Shown: positions 1 through 4,595 of the stretch, piece by piece
How the letters are laid out: each line of letters begins with the position of its first letter
How positions within the stretch are numbered: the first letter of the stretch is position 1
Virus record (IMG/VR): IMGVR_UViG_2740892271_000008
Source of the DNA: a virus
Taxonomy: Duplodnaviria > Heunggongvirae > Uroviricota > Caudoviricetes
Direction: 5' to 3' (one strand)
DNA length: 4,595 nucleotides
Notes under the pieces: model-generated
Told to the model about the DNA's origin: nothing
What the model saw: only the letters and a program-made list of their open reading frames with translations
The model's database searches: none
Made by a program: the position numbers and the translations under genes

Positions 1-41
1 GCTTTGAACTCTTTAGAGTAACGTTGGGTTTTTCTGCTCAT
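1..41 (-). CDS. IS3-family transposase OrfA, N-terminal fragment (continues beyond window start)
   Basis: ATG at 41..39 with AGGAG 6 nt upstream; translation MSRKTQRYSKEFKA resembles the start of the HTH-containing OrfA of IS3-family elements. Confidence 0.65.
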   Translation of the reverse strand, partial: MSRKTQRYSKEFK

Positions 42-105
42 TATTAGCTCCTTCTGATGCCATTCTATTTCAGGAAGGAGTGTCCGTTAAACTCAGGCTA
101 CCTCA
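1..105 (-). mobile_element. Left-flanking IS3-family insertion sequence, terminal ~105 bp (inverted-repeat end plus start of orfA); element body lies beyond the window start
   Basis: Minus strand shows AGGAG, a 6-nt spacer, then ATG at 41..39 encoding MSRKTQRYSKEFKA, a typical IS3-family OrfA N-terminus. Inferred terminal repeat on the minus strand, outer end at 105: TGAGGTAGCCTGAGTTTAACGGACACTCC. It matches the repeat at 4456..4485 at 20 of 29 aligned positions, with identical TGAGGT tip and GGACAC at positions 21-26. The distance from the end to the orfA ATG (64 nt) fits my recollection of IS3. Exact boundary is +/- a few nt. Confidence 0.7.
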
Positions 106-782
106 GGTTATTCGCTTCTGGGCATGGGCGGATCAACAAATGATAGACGGTAATGCAGATTGTAACGCTCGCGGCGTTACAAAAAGTGCAATAGATCGCA
201 TCACTTTTATGTCTGGTTTTGCTGATGCGTTAATTCAGGTTGGATGGCTGGTCGAAAATGACGGAGGGCTTTCTCTACCTAACTTTGAACGTCATAACGG
301 AAAAAGCTCTAAAAAAAACGGGCGGTTACAAACGAGCGAGTAACAAAAATACGCGAACTGAAACGAAAAGGTAACGCTGCCAGCGTTACACAAACGGATC
401 AAAAAGCGTTACCAGAGGAAGAGGAAGAGGAAGATCTAAATACTGATCTCCCCCTCGCCAAAAACGAGCGTCTAAAAAATTCGAGCCGGAGGCTATTGAG
501 CTGCCCGATTGGTTGCCGGAAACACTCTGGCATGAGTGGGTCCGGTTCAGACAGGCATTGCGAAAACCGATTCGAACGGAGCAGGGCGCTAACGGGGCGA
601 TACGGGAACTGGAAAAATTCCGTCAGCAGGGTTTTACACCTGAGCAGGTGATTCGACACAGCATCGCCAATGAATACCAGGGCCTGTTCGCGCCGAAAGG
701 TGTTCGGCCTGAGACGTTGCTCCGACAGGTTAACACCGTCTCGTTGCCGGACAGTGCGATCCCGCCAGGCTTCAGGGGGTAA
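106..782 (+). pseudogene. Phage replication initiation protein (lambda O / YdaU-like), 5-prime truncated by the IS and frame-disrupted
   Basis: Coding potential runs through three frames in succession: frame of ORF 80..343 up to the A8 run at 311..318, then the -1 frame (KKRAVTNERVTKIRELKRKG...EEEEEEDLNTDLPLAKNERLK) up to the A6 run at 474..479, then the frame of ORF 513..782 (KKFEPEAIELPDWLPETLWHEWVRFRQ...). Stops in the other frames (310-312, 341-343, 372-374, 444-446) are consistent with exactly these two switch points. Sits immediately upstream of the DnaC-like gene as in lambdoid replication modules. Bases 80..105 of the tracked ORF are IS-derived. Confidence 0.6.
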
Positions 783-788
783 CGGACC

Positions 789-1535
789 ATGAAAAATATT
801 GCGACAGGCGGCGTTCTGGAACGCATCCGCCGACTGACCCCGCCACATGTAACCGCCCCATTCAGAACGGTAGCGGAGTGGCGCGAGTGGCAACTTGCTG
901 AAGGCCAGAAACGTAGCGAGGAGATCAACCGCCTGAATCGCCAGTTGCGGGTGGAAAAAATTCTGAATCGCTCAGGCATCCAGCCGTTGCACCGTAAATG
1001 CTCGTTTGCGAATTACCAGGTGCAGAACGACGGCCAGCGATACGCGTTAAGCCAGGCGAAATCCATCGCCGATGAACTGATGACCGGGTGTACAAATTTT
1101 GCGTTCAGCGGAAAACCTGGTACCGGGAAGAATCACTTAGCGGCAGCTATCGGGAATCGCCTGCTGAAAGACGGTCAGACAGTGATTGTGGTTACCGTGG
1201 CTGATGTTATGAGCGCCCTGCACGCCAGCTATGACGACGGGCAGTCAGGCGAAAAATTTTTGCGGGAGCTGTGCGAAGTGGATCTGCTGGTTCTTGATGA
1301 AATTGGCATTCAGCGCGAGACGAAAAACGAGCAGGTGGTGCTGCACCAGATTGTTGATCGCCGGACAGCGTCGATGCGCAGCGTGGGGATGCTGACAAAC
1401 CTGAACTATGAGGTGATGAAAACATTGCTCGGCGAGCGGGTGATGGATCGCATGGTCATGAACGGCGGGCGCTGGGTGAATTTTAACTGGGAGAGCTGGC
1501 GTCCGAATGTTAGCCATTCGAGGGTTGTTAAGTAG
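789..1535 (+). CDS. DnaC-like AAA+ replicative helicase loader (prophage paralog of host DnaC; resembles what I recall of Rac YdaV)
   Basis: 248 aa; Walker A FSGKPGTGKNHLAAAIG and Walker B DLLVLDEIG; co-linear similarity to E. coli DnaC as I recall it (NRSGIQPLHRKCSF, MLTNLN, LLGERVMDRM, NFNWESW). ATG at 789 follows the upstream stop by 6 nt. Confidence 0.92.
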   Translation: MKNIATGGVLERIRRLTPPHVTAPFRTVAEWREWQLAEGQKRSEEINRLNRQLRVEKILNRSGIQPLHRKCSFANYQVQNDGQRYALSQAKSIADELMTGCTNFAFSGKPGTGKNHLAAAIGNRLLKDGQTVIVVTVADVMSALHASYDDGQSGEKFLRELCEVDLLVLDEIGIQRETKNEQVVLHQIVDRRTASMRSVGMLTNLNYEVMKTLLGERVMDRMVMNGGRWVNFNWESWRPNVSHSRVVK

Positions 1536-1549
1536 TTTCAGGAGGATTT

Positions 1550-1972
1550 ATGGCGAAACCTTTTACTCCCGAACAGCGGGAAGAACTGAAGACGCGAATT
1601 GTGGAACTCGTGCATCAGGACGGTCGGGTCACGATTCGGCAGTTGTCAGATGAAACAGGTATCAGTCGTGCGTCTGTCGGTCGCTTATGCATAGAACTGG
1701 TCGCAAGTGGTGATGTATATAATTCTGGCTACGGCTTATTCCCGTCTGAACAGGCTCGCAAGGACTGGCAAAGCGCCCGCAAAAAACTCTCGAGAGTAAA
1801 GGTGAGGAAACCGGTTGTTGTTGATCCGGACCTTATCTGGTCATTACCTGACGGAGAAATACGCCGCTACGACAGGCGCCTGAATATAATCTGTCGCGAG
1901 TGCCGGAAGAGCGAAGCTATGCAGCGTGTACTGGCTTTCTATCAGGGTAATTTTCAGGAGGCGATACTGTGA
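1550..1972 (+). CDS. Hypothetical phage protein with a predicted N-terminal helix-turn-helix / winged-helix region and a C-terminal CxxC
   Basis: 140 aa ORF; AGGAGG at 1540..1545 with a 4-nt spacer to ATG 1550; starts 15 nt after the DnaC-like stop (operon-like). HTH-like segment VTIRQLSDETGISRASVGRL; motif CRECRK near the C-terminus. Confidence 0.7.
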   Translation: MAKPFTPEQREELKTRIVELVHQDGRVTIRQLSDETGISRASVGRLCIELVASGDVYNSGYGLFPSEQARKDWQSARKKLSRVKVRKPVVVDPDLIWSLPDGEIRRYDRRLNIICRECRKSEAMQRVLAFYQGNFQEAIL

Positions 1973-2386
1973 ATGAAATTAGCTATCAGGCTTCAATTAC
2001 CGCTGGCATTCGCATCAAAGGAGAGGAGCATGGAAATAAAACCAGAAGATGAGTTAAGCAATATCGTTTTATTTCCGGTAAAAGAGGATGACCCTCGTAA
2101 TCAGGTTAATTTTCTTTATGAGCCATCGGAAAGACCATATTGCCATCACGCCTCTGTACGGGTTGACGAAAAAGAGCGTCAGGTCCGCTGTAAAATCTGC
2201 GGTGCGGTTGTGGAGCCGTTTGACTGGATGCTCTCTGTGGCAAAAAGAGAAACCAGACTGGCAGATGATGTAAGGCTATTGCGCCAGGAGGAACAGGAAA
2301 GGCGGAGAAATATAGAAAAGCTGATACAGATTGAGCGTAACGCGAAAGCGCGGATACGCAGGGCGACAAAATCCAGAACTGAATAA
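1973..2386 (+). CDS. Hypothetical phage protein, putative zinc-ribbon (C-HH ... CxxC) with a basic coiled-coil-like tail; alternative start at ATG 2030
   Basis: ATG 1973 abuts the upstream TGA (1970..1972) with AGGAGG at 1956..1961. A second in-frame ATG at 2030 has a purine-rich Shine-Dalgarno (GGAGAGGAG) 3-4 nt upstream and may be the true start. Motifs PYCHHASVRV and CKICG; C-terminus rich in R/E/K. Confidence 0.65.
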   Translation: MKLAIRLQLPLAFASKERSMEIKPEDELSNIVLFPVKEDDPRNQVNFLYEPSERPYCHHASVRVDEKERQVRCKICGAVVEPFDWMLSVAKRETRLADDVRLLRQEEQERRRNIEKLIQIERNAKARIRRATKSRTE

Positions 2387-2533
2387 TTAAATTTAGCACT
2401 GTTAAAAATTTAATCCTTAACCGGAGGGATTTCTGCACCCTCAAATCATCAGGAGACCACCCGAAAGGGCGGGGAGCAGTCACACATCTGTTTCCGATAG
2501 CCCCGTTCTAATGCTACACTCTTTGATATTTTT

Positions 2534-3220
2534 ATGACCCCAATAAACATATTTATGACAGTTGCTGATTTCAAACGGCCCAAATTGGAGCTCCCAAACG
2601 GGGCAAACAAACTACTACTGCACTCTTGCTGTGCTCCATGTTCCGGTGAGGTGATGGAGGCGCTTCAGGCCTCGGGAATCGACTACACCATCTTTTTCTA
2701 CAACCCGAACATTCATCCTCAGAAAGAGTATTTAATTCGTAAGGATGAGAATATTCGCTTTGCTGAACAACACGGCGTGCCGTTTATTGATGCTGATTAC
2801 GACACAGACAACTGGTTTGAACGAGCCAAAGGAATGGAATGGGAGCCCGAACGAGGGATCCGTTGCACCATGTGTTTTGACATGCGTTTTGAGCGGACAG
2901 CGCTGTACGCCGCTGAAAATGGTTTCAGTGTGATCAGCAGTTCACTGGGCATTTCACGCTGGAAAAATATGCAGCAGGTTAACGACTGTGGGCGGCGAGC
3001 CGTCGCGCATTATCCGGGCATGGTGTACTGGGATTATAACTGGCGCAAGCAGGGCGGCTCGTCCCGTATGATTGAAATCAGCAAGCGCGAAAAATTCTAT
3101 CAGCAGGAATATTGTGGCTGTGTGTATTCTCTGCGCGATACCAATCTACACCGCAAATCTCAGGGACGCCCTCTTATCAAAATTGGTCAACTCCACTACG
3201 GTAAAGAAGAGAAGGAGTGA
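2534..3220 (+). CDS. queH: QueH-type epoxyqueuosine reductase homolog (DUF208 family)
   Basis: 228 aa. Motifs I recognise from the DUF208/QueH family: [11 protein letters not shown] near the N-terminus, [38 protein letters not shown]. Start uncertain (ATG 2534 or 2555; neither has a clear Shine-Dalgarno). Separated from the upstream ORF by 147 nt, suggesting its own transcription unit. Confidence 0.85.
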   Translation: MTPINIFMTVADFKRPKLELPNGANKLLLHSCCAPCSGEVMEALQASGIDYTIFFYNPNIHPQKEYLIRKDENIRFAEQHGVPFIDADYDTDNWFERAKGMEWEPERGIRCTMCFDMRFERTALYAAENGFSVISSSLGISRWKNMQQVNDCGRRAVAHYPGMVYWDYNWRKQGGSSRMIEISKREKFYQQEYCGCVYSLRDTNLHRKSQGRPLIKIGQLHYGKEEKE

Positions 3221-3289
3221 TTTTATGGGGCACCTTTCTGATTGATTTCATATTGGCGAGGTAAGTAGAATGACTGCGGGTGCTTGAGG

Positions 3290-3326
3290 CTATCTGCTTC
3301 AGGCATGAACACCAAAAGGCAGATAG
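3290..3326. repeat. Perfect 8-bp inverted repeat (CTATCTGC / GCAGATAG) with a 21-nt spacer; not followed by a T-run on either strand
   Basis: Directly read: 3290..3297 and 3319..3326 are reverse complements. Confidence 0.5.
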
Positions 3327-3339
3327 AGAAAAGCCCCAG

Positions 3340-3374
3340 TTAACATTACGCGTCCGGCAAGACGCTTAACATTA
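3340..3374. repeat. Direct repeat TTAACATTA (3340..3348 and 3366..3374) flanking a small palindrome GCGTC-N6-GACGC, at the left edge of the N gap
   Basis: Directly read from the sequence. Confidence 0.5.
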
Positions 3375-3381
3375 ATCTGAG

Positions 3382-3626
3382 NNNNNNNNNNNNNNNNNNN
3401 NNNNNNNNNNNNNNNNNNNNNNNNNNNNNNNNNNNNNNNNNNNNNNNNNNNNNNNNNNNNNNNNNNNNNNNNNNNNNNNNNNNNNNNNNNNNNNNNNNNN
3501 NNNNNNNNNNNNNNNNNNNNNNNNNNNNNNNNNNNNNNNNNNNNNNNNNNNNNNNNNNNNNNNNNNNNNNNNNNNNNNNNNNNNNNNNNNNNNNNNNNNN
3601 NNNNNNNNNNNNNNNNNNNNNNNNNN
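3382..3626. other. Run of 245 N: assembly gap or masked sequence; content unknown
   Basis: Directly visible; the ORF-track entries across it (3346..3726, 3372..3659 minus) are artefacts of translating N. Confidence 1.
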
Positions 3627-3648
3627 CATCCTCAACGCACCCGCACTT

Positions 3649-3693
3649 AACCCGCCCATCGCTGTGATCTCTCAGCGTTTCGGCGGGTTTTTT
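3649..3693 (+). terminator. Rho-independent terminator (two-tier GC-rich hairpin followed by a T-run)
   Basis: Outer stem CCCGCC (3651..3656) with GGCGGG (3682..3687); inner stem CGCTG (3660..3664) with CAGCG (3673..3677); 8-nt loop; then TTTTTT (3688..3693) and GTTGTTT. The T-run is on the + strand only. Confidence 0.6.
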
Positions 3694-3713
3694 GTTGTTT
3701 ATTTCCGGTGAAT

Positions 3714-3741
3714 TTGATTCGCGCACCTTCGCAGATAGAAT
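3714..3741 (+). promoter_or_regulatory. Candidate sigma70 promoter for the downstream small ORF and YbcN-like gene
   Basis: TTGATT (3714..3719), 16-nt spacer, TAGAAT (3736..3741); lies just downstream of the terminator and about 80 nt upstream of ATG 3823. Confidence 0.4.
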
Positions 3742-3822
3742 CGACTCACTTAAGTAGCGCGCAGGGAGAAGAGGGATGGACCCCGAACAGGGGAGAGCTA
3801 TTTATCTGGAAGGATTCTGAAG

Positions 3823-4110
3823 ATGAAAATCGAAGAATTGCGTGAAATTTTTAGTGAAAATGGCCTCTATGCTGTGCGCGTTGAGAATGGAGCGATTGTC
3901 AGCCATTGCCGCATTAGATGTTTGCAATCTCAACAAAGGAAGAGCGGTGCTGTGTTATTTTATTTTTGTAATGGACTTCTGACGGACGGTTTTATTTTGC
4001 GTGAGGACGAATTTGTCACATCATTACGGGTTTTGAAAGAGATTGGTTTTAAGGCTGGTTTTCTGCTTTTGCTGAAGAATAAACTCATCTACAATCTTGA
4101 GCAGGATTGA
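3823..4110 (+). CDS. Hypothetical small protein (95 aa), AT-rich; coding status uncertain
   Basis: ATG 3823 with GGAAGGA about 8 nt upstream; stop TGA 4108..4110. About 40% GC by my hand count over the first 180 nt, versus about 57% in a DnaC-like sample. Contains four GGTTTT repeats. No family recognised. Confidence 0.4.
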   Translation: MKIEELREIFSENGLYAVRVENGAIVSHCRIRCLQSQQRKSGAVLFYFCNGLLTDGFILREDEFVTSLRVLKEIGFKAGFLLLLKNKLIYNLEQD

Positions 4111-4148
4111 ACTCCTGCTGTGTAACACCGTGCCACCGGAGAAAGCCG

Positions 4149-4455
4149 ATGGCACATATACAACTGGTCAAACAAACCTCTTCCGGATTACTTCTCCCGG
4201 CGACGCCGGAGAGTTGCGATTTTCTGCATCAAATCAAAATAGGTGAGTGGATACACGCAGACTTTAAGCGTGTGTGTAACTACGCATTCCACAAGCGTTT
4301 TTTCAAACTCCTGCAACTGGGTTTCGATTACTGGACTCCGGTCGGTGGGGCGATCACGCCTCGCGAACGAAAACTGGTGTCCGGTTTCGTTGATTACCTG
4401 TGTGAATCAGTAGGCCGGGAACATACGCCAGCTCTGAGCGAAGCCGCAGAGCAAT
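4149..4455 (+). pseudogene. Phage protein resembling the YbcN-like / DUF1367 family, 3-prime truncated by IS insertion
   Basis: ATG 4149 with GGAG 7 nt upstream. Protein MAHIQLVKQTSSGLLLPATPESCDFLHQIKIGEWIHADFKRVCNYAFHKRFFKLLQLGFDYWTPV... fits my recollection of YbcN-like proteins from lambdoid nin regions (family assignment from memory, moderate certainty). The frame runs into the IS terminal repeat at 4456, so the last 15 codons of tracked ORF 4107..4502 are IS-derived. Confidence 0.55.
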
Positions 4456-4595
4456 TGAGGTGTACTGGCAATAGCGGACACTACCATTTGTTCTTTTTTT
4501 AAGCAGCCATCTGATGATATTTTTCCCTGAAGGCTGCCGGGGAGATATTCCCCAGACGAGAGTGACGACGCTGACGATTGTAGAAAATCTCAATG
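4456..4595 (-). mobile_element. Right-flanking IS3-family insertion sequence, terminal 140 bp (inverted-repeat end plus orfB 3-prime end); element body lies beyond the window end
   Basis: Plus-strand 4456..4485 TGAGGTGTACTGGCAATAGCGGACACTACC pairs with the inferred repeat at the left edge. The orfB stop lies 43 nt inside the end. Internal GCAATAG-GGACAC resembles the IS3 terminus as I recall it. Confidence 0.75.
4499..4595 (-). CDS. IS3-family transposase OrfB, C-terminal fragment (start beyond window end)
   Basis: Minus-strand frame beginning at 4594 translates IEIFYNRQRRHSRLGNISPAAFREKYHQMAA then stop (TAA, plus-strand 4499..4501). The YN-RRH-LG-SP-F pattern is the conserved C-terminal tail of IS3-family transposases. 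Confidence 0.8.
   Translation of the reverse strand, partial: IEIFYNRQRRHSRLGNISPAAFREKYHQMAA

Noticed and set aside
80-105. GTG start at 80 for the first tracked ORF
   Set aside because: Bases 80..105 lie inside the IS terminal repeat and the GTG directly abuts AGGAG with no spacer; the native gene is 5-prime truncated, so no true start is present.
513-782. ORF 513..782 as an independent gene
   Set aside because: Better explained as the C-terminal domain of the frame-shifted initiator; its tracked start is a TTG with no Shine-Dalgarno.
399-893. Minus-strand ORF of 164 aa
   Set aside because: Entirely antisense to the initiator and DnaC-like genes, which have far better support; low-complexity product (poly-Ser, Arg-rich).
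623-979. Minus-strand ORF of 118 aa
   Set aside because: Antisense to the initiator C-terminus and DnaC-like start; no ribosome-binding site or recognisable motifs.
1207-1517. Minus-strand ORFs 1207..1425 and 1245..1517
   Set aside because: Nested antisense within the well-supported DnaC-like gene.
2088-2273. Plus-strand 61-aa ORF inside ORF 1973..2386
   Set aside because: Alternative frame within a better-supported gene; no independent support.
2387-2413. AT-only hairpin (TTAAATTT / AAATTTAA) after ORF 1973..2386 as a terminator
   Set aside because: All A-T stem and no following T-run; at most a weak structure or palindromic binding site.
2106-2483. Minus-strand ORF of 125 aa
   Set aside because: Antisense to ORF 1973..2386; hydrophobic, low-complexity product typical of spurious antisense frames.
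2745-2933. Plus-strand 62-aa ORF inside queH
   Set aside because: Alternative frame inside the QueH-like gene, which has strong family motifs.
3305-3343. 12-codon ORF MNTKRQIEKSPS
   Set aside because: No convincing ribosome-binding site; overlaps the inverted repeat and is likely chance.
3346-3726. Minus-strand ORFs spanning the N run (3346..3726 and 3372..3659)
   Set aside because: Artefacts of translating N; no real sequence underlies most of their length.
4107-4148. TTG start at 4107 for the YbcN-like gene
   Set aside because: ATG at 4149 with GGAG 7 nt upstream is the more credible start; the TTG overlaps the upstream stop without a ribosome-binding site.
4354-4593. Minus-strand 79-aa ORF with a TTG start
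   Set aside because: Wrong frame: the conserved transposase C-terminus is in the neighbouring minus frame ending at 4499, and this ORF also runs antisense through the YbcN-like gene.
1-4595. CRISPR arrays, tRNA or rRNA genes
   Set aside because: No regularly spaced direct repeats and no tRNA-like T-loop or cloverleaf seen anywhere in the readable sequence.

Overview
This window reads as a ~4.35 kb fragment (106..4455) of a lambdoid, Rac-like prophage replication/early region from an enterobacterial draft assembly, bracketed at both edges by ends of the same type of IS3-family insertion sequence. Both IS fragments lie on the minus strand, and each cuts a phage gene. Left to right on the + strand: a decayed replication-initiator gene (IS-truncated, two frame breaks at A-runs); an intact DnaC-like helicase loader; two tightly coupled small ORFs (HTH-like, then zinc-ribbon-like) in the same frame separated by one TGA; a stand-alone QueH-type (DUF208) epoxyqueuosine reductase homolog; a 245-nt run of N; a rho-independent terminator; a sigma70-like promoter; an AT-rich 95-codon ORF; and a YbcN-like gene truncated by the right-hand IS. 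The most interesting candidate is the prophage-borne QueH homolog together with the hidden content of the gap. All calls rest on reading the sequence and on recalled family motifs; no database search was run.
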